From the NCBI GenBank assembly GCA_016186825.1, contig JACPKW010000006.1, positions 3,191 to 67,190 of the forward strand: 64,000 bases of DNA, in the 5' to 3' direction. Of this stretch, positions 37,561 to 46,757 are shown in pieces. Position 1 is the stretch's first letter; every line of letters begins with the position of its first letter. This DNA is from Candidatus Giovannonibacteria bacterium. GTDB lineage: Bacteria; Patescibacteriota; Minisyncoccia; JACPKW01; UBA11713. The position numbers and the translations under genes are program-made. The notes under the pieces are model-generated. The model saw nothing but the letters and a program-made list of their open reading frames with translations, had not been told where the DNA came from and searched no databases.

Positions 37561-37736
37561 CCCCCGCCAAGAATCGAACTTGGATCTACTCCTTACCTGC
37601 CCACCGTTGCCTGCGCCCTCGGCAGGAATCGAACCTACATCTAGGGCTTAGAAGACCCCTATTCTATCCATTGAACTACGAGGGCAACTTAGGCAGGTGG
37701 GGAAGGGAGCTATTCTATCCGTTGAACTACAGGGGC
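37556..37736 (-). tRNA. candidate interrupted/split tRNA (Arg-like body) whose anticodon loop contains tRNA-Arg(TCT); CCA encoded
   Basis: 5' half 37701-37736: GCCCCTG-TA-GTTC-AACGGATA-GAAT-A-GCTCC-CTTCC; 3' half 37556-37592: AA-GGAGT-AGAT-CCAAG-TTCGATT-CTTGG-CGGGGGC-A-CCA; acceptor 7/7 (one G.U), anticodon stem 5/5 (one G.U); canonical D and T loops. Confidence 0.45.
37614..37685 (-). tRNA. tRNA-Arg (TCT)
   Basis: GCCCTCG/CGAGGGC acceptor, loop CTTCTAA, TTCGATT T-loop. Confidence 0.85.
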
Positions 37737-37770
37737 TTTTAAATAAAAATGCGTAAGTATTTTAACCGAT

Positions 37771-38064
37771 TTAAGGATTGGTTTCAAATCCCGCGCCATT
37801 AGCATCAAAAGCGGATTTTTTTTCGTTTATTCTTTGGAATACTTTTCGAAAACTGTCTTTTTTCAGCGTCTGTAATACGTCATCATCAGAATAGTTTTTT
37901 GCGCTGTTCCCATTCAAATTAACGGAGTAAACCCACCAGTCAAATACAAAAACAATAATAAGCAGAAGGACAGAGAAAGCAATAAGCTTGCTCCACCAGC
38001 GCCCGGGCGCCGAACTAAATACATCACTTATATTAACTGACGGTTTTTTTATATTAAAATTCAT
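37771..38064 (-). CDS. hypothetical membrane protein, first gene downstream of pilO in T4P operon
   Basis: 97 aa, one TM. Confidence 0.35.
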   Translation of the reverse strand: MNFNIKKPSVNISDVFSSAPGRWWSKLIAFSVLLLIIVFVFDWWVYSVNLNGNSAKNYSDDDVLQTLKKDSFRKVFQRINEKKSAFDANGAGFETNP

Positions 38065-38585
38065 TTTGAAAAAATATAGCTGATAAGCCTAAAGGTATAA
38101 TAAGTCTTCCAATTTCCGCTTTCCCCGGCTTCTTTCCTAAAATTTATTTTATCCATGATCATTTGATAAGGCATGTTTTCGAGTAAAAAAGAATATCGGA
38201 GCAAGCCGGAAAAAGACCCCGAAGCTTCCAGCTGGAAAGACGGCCCGAGCTCTGCAGCGTTCAAAATTCCAGTCGCTGAAGTTACCTTCAAATTTATGCC
38301 CGATAGGCGGGCGATTTCTTCTAAGTCCTCAATAAAGTGGACAAGATTTTCGTCAGTTATGAATAATTTATCAAGCATTTCTTTTTCTTCGTTTAAATCG
38401 TCCAAAGTATTTGTAATGGCTTTTACATTTCTTGTTTTAGTTTCAGCGAGTGCAATATTGCTTTTTAATATACGAACTTCTGCTTTTAAAATCTGAATCT
38501 GATTTAAAACAAAATATCCTGCGACAAAAACCGAGATTAAAATCGCCGCACCTCCCAATATTCTTTTGTCTAAAAGAATATTCAT
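38061..38585 (-). CDS. PilO-like type IV pilus inner-membrane assembly protein
   Basis: 174 aa, N-terminal TM + coiled coil, position after pilN. Confidence 0.5.
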   Translation of the reverse strand: MNILLDKRILGGAAILISVFVAGYFVLNQIQILKAEVRILKSNIALAETKTRNVKAITNTLDDLNEEKEMLDKLFITDENLVHFIEDLEEIARLSGINLKVTSATGILNAAELGPSFQLEASGSFSGLLRYSFLLENMPYQMIMDKINFRKEAGESGNWKTYYTFRLISYIFSK

Positions 38586-39124
38586 TTTAATTCTAATGTT
38601 AAAGAAAATGGAGCGTTAGAATCTTTCAATAAATTTGAGACTGGCGACTCCACTTTTTTAAAGGCGTCCACTGATTCCAAATTTTTTAAAAAAACAAGAA
38701 AATCATCTCTTCTTTGGGCTACGCCTTCTACAAAAATGATTTCTTTAGAATTCGCCGCTTTTCTTTCGTAATTTAAACTCTCGATAGCAATTCCGGAATT
38801 TTGCTTTTCTAGAATTTTTTTAAGATTCGAAGCGACTGGCCGGATTTCCCGCTCGCGCTCTTCAAAATTCGACAGCTTGGAATTGAACTCTTTTAGAGTT
38901 TTTTCAATGAGGCCGACCTCTTTGAGTTCGGGGCTTGTCTCGGCAAATTCGAGACCCCTTTCTAATCCGGTCTTTTCAATCAGAAGAGAAAAATAAACAG
39001 GCAAAATCAGAACCGTGCTGATAAAAATCGCAATTGCGATTAAAAATTCAAGCGCCATAAGAAAGCGCGCAAATCTTTCGCGCTTAAGTTTTTTTATATC
39101 TTCTTGCGGAAGGAGATTAATCAT
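38582..39124 (-). CDS. PilN-like type IV pilus assembly protein
   Basis: 180 aa, N-terminal TM, follows pilM with 8-nt overlap. Confidence 0.5.
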   Translation of the reverse strand: MINLLPQEDIKKLKRERFARFLMALEFLIAIAIFISTVLILPVYFSLLIEKTGLERGLEFAETSPELKEVGLIEKTLKEFNSKLSNFEEREREIRPVASNLKKILEKQNSGIAIESLNYERKAANSKEIIFVEGVAQRRDDFLVFLKNLESVDAFKKVESPVSNLLKDSNAPFSLTLELK

Positions 39125-40214
39125 AACTTCGTTCGGTTTTTATCGCCGCGAGCGCTAAACCAAGAGCGGTCGCATAAGAAAGCGAATTTCGGTAAGTAAT
39201 TTCGGGAATGTAGTCATTGAAATCGACAACATTAACCCACGGATTTGACATTATGATTGGAAGTTTCAGTTCGTAGGAAAGATACTCCTTAAAACCGTAA
39301 AGATTTGAATCCCCGCCGCAGAGATAAATTTTCCGCACCGAAGGGTCTGGGAAATTTACATTTTTCGCATGCTCTTTCCAAAATATCAAATGTCTCGAGA
39401 TCTCATCCCGGATCGCTGATATCGTTGGCAAAAGTGCGTCAAAAACTTCTTTGTTTTCCTCTGTTCTAACGAGACCTTTCTCATTTTTTATTCGTTCCGC
39501 TTCTTCGGGAGAAATTTTAAAAATTCTTTGAAGAACTTCGTCCAAAGCCGCGCCGGCAACAGTAACGGTTGAGGTAAATCTTACAACCCCTTCGGAAACA
39601 ATTATAAAGCTTGTGCGAGTTCGGCCAAAATCAACAACCATGACAGGTTCTCTTTCGCTTTTAGGAAGCGCCGAGCGCACCAAAGCATGCGCTTCCATTT
39701 CAAACGAAATCGGTATTAGGCCTGCCTGGCGGACGACATCGCGATAATCTTCAACCAAGGCCTTCGGAAACGCGACTACGACCAAATCCAGATTATTACT
39801 ATCTCCGGAATGCGGGATAATTTCGAAATCAAAAATCGCCTGCCGCGCGTTAAGGGGAATATGCTCTTCCAGTTGCAGCTCGAGAGCTTCACGCAAATTT
39901 TCTGAAGGCATCGCTGGCATAGTAACCACATCGACAAAAGCTTTTTCTTCCGGAAGCGAGAGAACTACTCCCCTCGAAGCATGTTTTTCAAAAACCTCTT
40001 TCAAAATCGAGGCCAGTGTGTCTTTATCCTTAATTTCCCCGGCCTTTATCACTCCGGGGGGAAGAATTTTTTCGCCGAAATTTTCAACTTCAAGATGGCC
40101 TGAACTTTCCACAAGCTCAACGTATTTCATGGAACGGTCCGAAATATCAATCCCAAAAGCAGGCATTCTTAGATAGCGTGGAGGAGGAAAAAATTTATAA
40201 ATAAGTCTATCCAT
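39117..40214 (-). CDS. pilM: type IV pilus assembly ATPase-like protein PilM
   Basis: 365 aa actin-like fold; AFGIDISDRSMKYVEL N-terminus. Confidence 0.8.
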   Translation of the reverse strand: MDRLIYKFFPPPRYLRMPAFGIDISDRSMKYVELVESSGHLEVENFGEKILPPGVIKAGEIKDKDTLASILKEVFEKHASRGVVLSLPEEKAFVDVVTMPAMPSENLREALELQLEEHIPLNARQAIFDFEIIPHSGDSNNLDLVVVAFPKALVEDYRDVVRQAGLIPISFEMEAHALVRSALPKSEREPVMVVDFGRTRTSFIIVSEGVVRFTSTVTVAGAALDEVLQRIFKISPEEAERIKNEKGLVRTEENKEVFDALLPTISAIRDEISRHLIFWKEHAKNVNFPDPSVRKIYLCGGDSNLYGFKEYLSYELKLPIIMSNPWVNVVDFNDYIPEITYRNSLSYATALGLALAAIKTERSYD

Positions 40215-40216
40215 TT

Positions 40217-42022
40217 TTATGGTAAAACTTCCCTCCAGGTATCAATCCCCCAGCCGCCGGAAGGACCGGATGTGAAATTTAGATTGGCGAGTCCAGATAC
40301 ATAATTTATTACTGCGTTGTTGTTTAAGTGCATCCCATACGCAGTCGCTTCTTTTGCCAATGCATTATTGGCAAAATCAATGCGGCCATCGGATGCATAA
40401 TAAATTACACCGTCAGAGTTGTTGGAAATATTCATAACATTTTGGCTCGGCGCATTCTTCGCGGAGAGCAAAAGAATAAAACTTTCAGGATCGCCCGATC
40501 CTTCGAAAGTGCAGTTATTTGATACCGTAATTACTCCGTCTGAAAATATTATTCCTGAATCAGCTCCATAATCCGGCGAAAGCTTAATGACGCAGTTATT
40601 GGAAAAATTTATGTCGCCTGCCACATAAATTGTACCGGACACGGTAAGTATCGCATTATTTGAAACAGTCATGCTGCCATTAATTTTTTTTGGGCCGAGC
40701 GTTGCCAAAGCCCCATTTTCTGTCAGGCTGAAATTTCCGCTCGAATCGCATAAGGGACTCAAACATTCACCCCCAATTAACGAATCAGCTCTCCAGTCCT
40801 CAATCAAGCCGGCAGAAATCGGCAATTCTTCGCGCGAAGGATTGTCCACGATGCAATACTGATTGGGACAAGCCGAGCCATGCACTATATCGTCAACGAA
40901 AAGGTTTGCGCGTCCAGTGCCCATTGTGCTGTCCCCTACAGTCAAACTCTCGATTCTCGTGTTCACCCCGCCAATCCATACTTTAAACGAAAGATCACCG
41001 CCTACATCCGTCCAGCTTGCGGATCCGGAATCCCAGTCGGAAGTGTATTTTCCTGTGTTTGAGAGGTAGCCATCCGTCGAATCTTTTTTCCAGTTCCAGT
41101 AATTTGAGGAAGAATTTGAACCATAATCAAGAATAATCCAATATTTGCTGCCGTTTGCGAGAACCGGAACTGAAGAAAAAGCCACATTAATCCAGGACGG
41201 AGTCGAACCTACTGTGCTCGGAACAATTACGGCATTTGCCAAACTTGAACTTGCCGGTTTTCCTCCGTTATCAGAAGCGATGCGCACGTTGATACTCGAT
41301 CCCGGAGACCCGACTTTTCCCAGGTAAAGAGAAATTTTTGAAAGACCCCCCGAAGCATTTGTGATAAAAGACTGTGCTATATCGCGATTAGATGCGGCAG
41401 TCGCAAAGAATTGATCCGAATCGTAACTTTCCCAAGAAAGCGATGGATCCGATGTAATTCCTCCGGCGACGATGACATCGCCAAAAACTTTTGCGCCGTT
41501 TGACCCGACAACGTTTCCGTTCGAATAAACACTCCCGTTCACAATTGCGTTATTATCCATTGTGAGACCCCCATCTCCGACCTGAATCCCATAGAAAAAG
41601 CTGACATTATCACTTCCCATAGTGAGATGGGATTCAACCGCCCTCGTTGCTCCTGAATAATCTCCCGTGGAAGTGATTACGCGCTGGGTCTGTGTAGGAA
41701 TCGAAACGTTTGTTATAGCGCTTGCCCCATCGATGGATAGCGTAAAGGATGAGGTAAGATTTTTTCCCCGTCGCAAACGGTAAACTGCGTCATCAACCCC
41801 CGCTTCAGCGACAAAGAAAGAGAGGCGGGATTTAAAATTGCTTGAGGCTACTTTTGACTCTCTAAGCGCGAAGGCAGCGGTAGAAAAAATCACGGAAAGC
41901 ATAAGAAACATAATGATGATGACAGTGAGCAGAGCGGCTTGCCCGCTATTTTTTTGATTTGAAAATTGCTTGCCCGCCGAAGCCTTGGCGAAGGCGGGGA
42001 AATTAAAAATCGAAAATTTCAT
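40217..42022 (-). CDS. large pilus-associated surface protein (possible tip adhesin / PilX-PilY-like)
   Basis: 601 aa, N-terminal hydrophobic anchor, G/S/N-rich beta-rich body. Confidence 0.4.
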   Translation of the reverse strand: MKFSIFNFPAFAKASAGKQFSNQKNSGQAALLTVIIIMFLMLSVIFSTAAFALRESKVASSNFKSRLSFFVAEAGVDDAVYRLRRGKNLTSSFTLSIDGASAITNVSIPTQTQRVITSTGDYSGATRAVESHLTMGSDNVSFFYGIQVGDGGLTMDNNAIVNGSVYSNGNVVGSNGAKVFGDVIVAGGITSDPSLSWESYDSDQFFATAASNRDIAQSFITNASGGLSKISLYLGKVGSPGSSINVRIASDNGGKPASSSLANAVIVPSTVGSTPSWINVAFSSVPVLANGSKYWIILDYGSNSSSNYWNWKKDSTDGYLSNTGKYTSDWDSGSASWTDVGGDLSFKVWIGGVNTRIESLTVGDSTMGTGRANLFVDDIVHGSACPNQYCIVDNPSREELPISAGLIEDWRADSLIGGECLSPLCDSSGNFSLTENGALATLGPKKINGSMTVSNNAILTVSGTIYVAGDINFSNNCVIKLSPDYGADSGIIFSDGVITVSNNCTFEGSGDPESFILLLSAKNAPSQNVMNISNNSDGVIYYASDGRIDFANNALAKEATAYGMHLNNNAVINYVSGLANLNFTSGPSGGWGIDTWREVLP

Positions 42023-42023
42023 G

Positions 42024-42596
42024 TTAATACATCCCCCTTAAAACCGCGCTTCCATAAAAGTTTTTCGTTCTTAGATATGCGCCCGATCCGGCTTCCAACG
42101 TAAATTCGACTTTTATTATTTCCGAATTGATAGCGCCGGAGGAAATCATCCTATAAAATTTTAAATTTGTAACTCTGGTATCCGCAGTCAAGTCATCCGG
42201 AGGATTCGCGCCGTTTTGAACTTGTAATGTACCGGATGATAAGGAAAATTTCTTGTCCCCCACTTTCAATATTCCCGGACTTGCTCCAAAAACACTGACA
42301 CCCGTGTCTGTAACATTTGCGGCGCGAATTTCGCGCACCATAGTTTCAAGCGCCACGTCACCTTCCGCCGAAAGACTCCGCTCCACGCTGGTTCGCAAAT
42401 AAACTTTATAAATTGACAAGAGCGACCCCACTGCAAGAACCGCGATAATTGCTAAAATTCCTGAATAAACCACAAGTTCAAACAAAGAATATCCGCCGGA
42501 AAAAGATTTGAAAGGATCGCGTTGCATTAGTTGCTGAAAATATTTGATAAATATGTCGAAACACCGACGCTTGGAGTCGTATAGCGCTCCTGCCAA
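42024..42596 (-). CDS. pilin-like protein (prepilin-type N-terminus; start probably internal Met at ~42524)
   Basis: FKSFSGG|YSLFELVVYSGILAIIAVLAV with Glu at +5. Confidence 0.5.
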   Translation of the reverse strand: MAGALYDSKRRCFDIFIKYFQQLMQRDPFKSFSGGYSLFELVVYSGILAIIAVLAVGSLLSIYKVYLRTSVERSLSAEGDVALETMVREIRAANVTDTGVSVFGASPGILKVGDKKFSLSSGTLQVQNGANPPDDLTADTRVTNLKFYRMISSGAINSEIIKVEFTLEAGSGAYLRTKNFYGSAVLRGMY

Positions 42597-43060
42597 TATA
42601 TACTCACTGTTATTTTTTTAGTTTCGGGGTCTACTGTGCCGCCCGACGTAACTATATCCGCATTCGAATCGCGGGAAACACTTTGAACATTCACTTTTCT
42701 TCTGAAAAGGCCGTCAATCAGCCCCGGATCGGCAGTTACGATGCTCCAAACGGATGTTCCGGCATCGAAAGAAAGATAGTAATCCGTGCCGGGAGTTAAA
42801 CTTTCAAAATTAGCACCCCAGCTTTTATCTCTCAAAAAACGCATTGCTTCGATCCCCTCCTCGGCAAGGAAGTTTGCCCTGATTCTGTCCGAAGCTTCCA
42901 TGGAAAGCCGGTTCGAAATGATAAACACGGCAAGCAAAGAAAAAACTGTCGCGCTCAAAATTGAAGCGGCGATCACAACTTCAATAAGACCGAACCCAGA
43001 CGCGTTTTTTTTCATCATTTTTCTTGATTTTAACATATTACTTTGCAATTCCGGTCGCAT
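42527..43060 (-). CDS. type IV (pseudo)pilin
   Basis: KKNASG|FGLIEVVIAASIL prepilin cleavage/methylation motif. Confidence 0.65.
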   Translation of the reverse strand: MRPELQSNMLKSRKMMKKNASGFGLIEVVIAASILSATVFSLLAVFIISNRLSMEASDRIRANFLAEEGIEAMRFLRDKSWGANFESLTPGTDYYLSFDAGTSVWSIVTADPGLIDGLFRRKVNVQSVSRDSNADIVTSGGTVDPETKKITVSIYWQERYTTPSVGVSTYLSNIFSN

Positions 43061-43484
43061 AAATCGAAATTGTGCGCGATTTTGAACTATCCGAAACGGA
43101 TTGGATTGTAAGCGTGCCCGCTGCAGAGGAATTTCCGCTCAAACGCGCAAAAATTACATCGCTCGCTCCGCCTAAACTTATTGAGCTTACTGTCAAAACG
43201 CTCGGCAACAAATAAATTTCGTTCGAAGCATCAGAAGAATCATAAAGGGCGCCCTTAAAAAAGACTGCGCGATCCGCTTCAAAATGCACGCCGTAACTTG
43301 AATTACTCTCCGAAGCAAGTGTCCGGGCGCGGGCATCACTTAATAAACCCAAAATATTCGCATGCGCCTCTGCTAAAGCATTATTTTCGTTAAGCCTCAT
43401 AAAAGAGGCAATAATAACCGCCGCAAGCGCAAAAACAATAAGGATCACGAAAATATTTTCAATTAAAGTCATCCCCGATTTCAT
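43038..43484 (-). CDS. type IV pilin
   Basis: MKSG|MTLIENIFVILIVFALAAVII prepilin motif. Confidence 0.65.
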   Translation of the reverse strand: MKSGMTLIENIFVILIVFALAAVIIASFMRLNENNALAEAHANILGLLSDARARTLASESNSSYGVHFEADRAVFFKGALYDSSDASNEIYLLPSVLTVSSISLGGASDVIFARLSGNSSAAGTLTIQSVSDSSKSRTISIYATGIAK

Positions 43485-43486
43485 TT

Positions 43487-44695
43487 TTAAAGCGCTCCCG
43501 CCAAATTATATAAGGGCGTGATCATTGAAACCGCAAAGAAACCGACCGCAATGCCAATCACGATCATCAAAACCGGCTCGATTACCGCGGAGAGATCCTT
43601 CGTCTCCGAAGAAACTTCGCTTTCATAAAAAAGAGCGAGGCGGCTAAGCATTTCGGAAAGTTTGCCTGTCTCTTCTCCAACCGCAATCATTTCTCCAACC
43701 AAAAGCGGGTAAAGTTCGGGGTGAGCGATAAAAATTTTCGAGATCAGATTCCCTTTTTCAATATCTTTTTTCGCCTGCCGGATTACTTCTTTATAGTAAT
43801 GGTTTTGGAGCACATCTTCCGTAACCGTCAGAGCTTCAAGAATTTCCACTCCGGAGCTGATAAGCGAGCCGAGCGTGCGCGCGGTTCGCGCAGCGTTCGT
43901 TTTTTTTACCAAGCCCGAGATAACCGGCATTTTAAGCCAGATGGTATCAAAAAACTTTTTTCCCGCAACGCTCCTGTGCGCGGCAGTTAAGCCGGCGATT
44001 AGTAAAACCGCGGCTATGCTCACGAAGATGTAGTTTGTACTCAAAAAAGAGCTCAGGGCGATTATAATTTTTGTCGACAAAGGAAGTTCGACATTCATTT
44101 CTTCGAAAGTTTGAACCAGAGTCGGGACTACATAGATCAGCATCAAAATTCCAATCACTATAATCGCAATCAAAATAATAATCGGATAGACCATCGCCCC
44201 GCGAACCTTCCTTCTAAGATCGTAATCGCGCTTCAGCTGGTGCGAAATCAATTTCAGCGCTTCTTCAAGTTTTCCGGTTTTTTCGCCCGCCGAAACCATA
44301 GCGCGAAAGAGCCCTGAAAAAATGTTCTGATGCTTATCCATCGCCTGGGATAAATTTTCTCCGCGGCGAATCGCATTTGCAAGATCGACTAAGACTTCCT
44401 TAAAGCGGCGGTTGGGCGTTTGCTCGGAAAGAATTTCGATCGCGCGCGCAAGCGAGACGCCCGCGGCAACCATTACGGAAAGATTCCGCGCAAAAAGCAT
44501 TTTTTCCGCAATCGGCACGCGCGAAAAAAAAGAAGGGAGCCTAAATCCGCCTGCTTTTTTCCCTTCCGAGGTCTGAATCAAAATATAACCTTCTTTTTTT
44601 AGCACGCGCGCCAAGTCGAATTTGTCCTGGGCTTCGCGCGCCCCTTTTATTTCCTCTCCGGAAAGGCTCTTCGCAACATATGAAAAATTCGGCAT
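43487..44695 (-). CDS. pilC: type IV pilus platform protein PilC (GspF family)
   Basis: 402 aa, two T2SS-F repeats, 3 TM. Confidence 0.85.
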   Translation of the reverse strand: MPNFSYVAKSLSGEEIKGAREAQDKFDLARVLKKEGYILIQTSEGKKAGGFRLPSFFSRVPIAEKMLFARNLSVMVAAGVSLARAIEILSEQTPNRRFKEVLVDLANAIRRGENLSQAMDKHQNIFSGLFRAMVSAGEKTGKLEEALKLISHQLKRDYDLRRKVRGAMVYPIIILIAIIVIGILMLIYVVPTLVQTFEEMNVELPLSTKIIIALSSFLSTNYIFVSIAAVLLIAGLTAAHRSVAGKKFFDTIWLKMPVISGLVKKTNAARTARTLGSLISSGVEILEALTVTEDVLQNHYYKEVIRQAKKDIEKGNLISKIFIAHPELYPLLVGEMIAVGEETGKLSEMLSRLALFYESEVSSETKDLSAVIEPVLMIVIGIAVGFFAVSMITPLYNLAGAL

Positions 44696-44696
44696 G

Positions 44697-46445
44697 CTAC
44701 TCGCGTGTGACTCTTAAAACTTCTTCAATCGTAGTAACACCGAGGACAGCTTTCACAATTCCATCTTCCAGCATCGTCATCATTCCTTCTTCTTTGGCGG
44801 TTTTTTCTATCTGGTCTGAAGTTGCATTCGACATAATTAACGCTCTGATGCTTTCGGTCACGGGGAGGACTTCGTGAATTCCAATCCGGTTTTCAAAACC
44901 GTCGGGCGCTTCTGATGTCGGGACGGGTTTGTAAAATGAGACATCGTCCCAGCCATCGCCCGCCTTAATAGCTTTTGTTTCATGCAAAAATTTGAGCATG
45001 CGGTCCAAATCCACTTCTTTCCCGAGTTCTCGCAATTCATCTTTTGAAATTTTATAAGGCTTTTTTGAAGAACATAATACGCGCACTAAACGCTGGCCGA
45101 TAATCACGTTCACCGTGGAAGCGATTAAAAACGGCTCCACTTTCATGTCCAAAAGGCGCGGCAACGTCCCCGCTGCAGAATTTGTGTGCAAAGTCGAGAG
45201 CACAAGATGCCCAGTGAGCGCCGCGTTGATAGCGAGCGAAGCCGTTTCATTATCGCGGATCTCGCCTACCATTATGATGTCCGGGTCTTGCCTTACGAGC
45301 GAGCGGAGGCCGTTTGCAAAGCTAAATCCGATTTCAGGCTTGACTTGAGTTTGATTAACGCGAGGCATCCTATACTCAATCGGATCTTCAATCGTCGAAA
45401 TATTTACTTCGGGAGTATTTAAAATATCAATTATCGTATACAAAGTAGTCGTCTTTCCCGAACCAGTCGGCCCGGTCGCAAGCACCATCCCCACAGGACG
45501 CTTAATCGCGTGATGCAGACGTTCCAGCGCCTCTCCTCCGAATCCAAGCCCCTCAAGTGAAAACCCCTCCGAATTTTCGGGAAGCAGACGCATCACCGCC
45601 TTTTCGCCGTCATAAATTGGGAGGATCGAAACCCTGAAAGAAAATTTCTGCTCGGAATTTTCCATTTTGAATCTCCCGTCTTGCGGCAGGCGATGCTCAT
45701 CCAATTTCAGATTCGAAAGCACTTTTATTCTGGCAATTACTCCGGAAGCTGCTTTTTTAGGCAAAATCATCGCATCGTGAAGGATGCCGTCAATCCGGTA
45801 GCGCACCAAAAGTTGATTTTCTTCAGGCTCGATATGAATGTCCGATGCCCGCTGGGTGATTGCATGTTTCAAAAGTGTTTCGACGATTCGGACAACCGGC
45901 AGATCTTCCGCCATTTTTTTCAGATCTTCAGCATCTTTCTCCGGCTCACCAGAAGTTTGGGAAATTTTAAGATTCCCCGATTCTTTTTTGATGATTTCGC
46001 CGAATTCCGCCTCGAGCGATTTATTATATTGCTTCAAAACATGCTTGATTGAGGCCGGATTAGTTAAACGCGGCAGAATTTTTAAATCCGCCTTCTTGCG
46101 GATAAACTCGATTGTCTCCAAATCCTGCGGATCGAGCATGGCGACTTCAAGGCTTGAACCCAACTTTCTGTAGGAAACGATATTATGATTACGGGCGATC
46201 GGCTCGGGAATTATGCCCAAAACGTCCTCCGGAATCTTTTCATGCTCTAAGTTGACAAAAGGGATTCCGAGCACATATGCCCGCATTTTCCCCAAGTCTT
46301 CCTCGGTAATTTTCCCATCCTTCACGAGCACATCGCCCAAATCCTTTTCTCCTACGGCTTTTTTCTCCGCTTTTTCTATATCACTCGGGCTAACAAGCTC
46401 CGAATCAATTAAAAAAGTTTTTAGTTGTTTGGCATCAACTTTCAC
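44697..46445 (-). CDS. pilB: type IV pilus assembly ATPase PilB (GspE family)
   Basis: 582 aa; Walker A GPTGSGKTT, His box, T2SSE N-domain. Confidence 0.9.
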   Translation of the reverse strand: MKVDAKQLKTFLIDSELVSPSDIEKAEKKAVGEKDLGDVLVKDGKITEEDLGKMRAYVLGIPFVNLEHEKIPEDVLGIIPEPIARNHNIVSYRKLGSSLEVAMLDPQDLETIEFIRKKADLKILPRLTNPASIKHVLKQYNKSLEAEFGEIIKKESGNLKISQTSGEPEKDAEDLKKMAEDLPVVRIVETLLKHAITQRASDIHIEPEENQLLVRYRIDGILHDAMILPKKAASGVIARIKVLSNLKLDEHRLPQDGRFKMENSEQKFSFRVSILPIYDGEKAVMRLLPENSEGFSLEGLGFGGEALERLHHAIKRPVGMVLATGPTGSGKTTTLYTIIDILNTPEVNISTIEDPIEYRMPRVNQTQVKPEIGFSFANGLRSLVRQDPDIIMVGEIRDNETASLAINAALTGHLVLSTLHTNSAAGTLPRLLDMKVEPFLIASTVNVIIGQRLVRVLCSSKKPYKISKDELRELGKEVDLDRMLKFLHETKAIKAGDGWDDVSFYKPVPTSEAPDGFENRIGIHEVLPVTESIRALIMSNATSDQIEKTAKEEGMMTMLEDGIVKAVLGVTTIEEVLRVTRE

Positions 46446-46757
46446 CCCGTTAGATATCCCAATATTTAGCCTTTAAAATAAAGACCTTTTTGTGACTTTC
46501 TGGTTTAATATTTATGATTTTCATAAAGAGATATCTGGTGAGGTGAATAGCTCTTCTTAATTATATATGAAAGAGTGCTGATTAAATGGGCATATTTTTT
46601 AGATAAAGCGCCGATTGACAAACCTAAATTAATTAACTATGCTCAAGAGAGTCCGTTCGAAAAACGGGCTTTAATTTTAAGAATTGCTAGAAATGGGGCT
46701 CAATTTTTAGCCAAAACCTTGCCCAAAATAAATTAACATAATTTTGTAAAAATTGGC

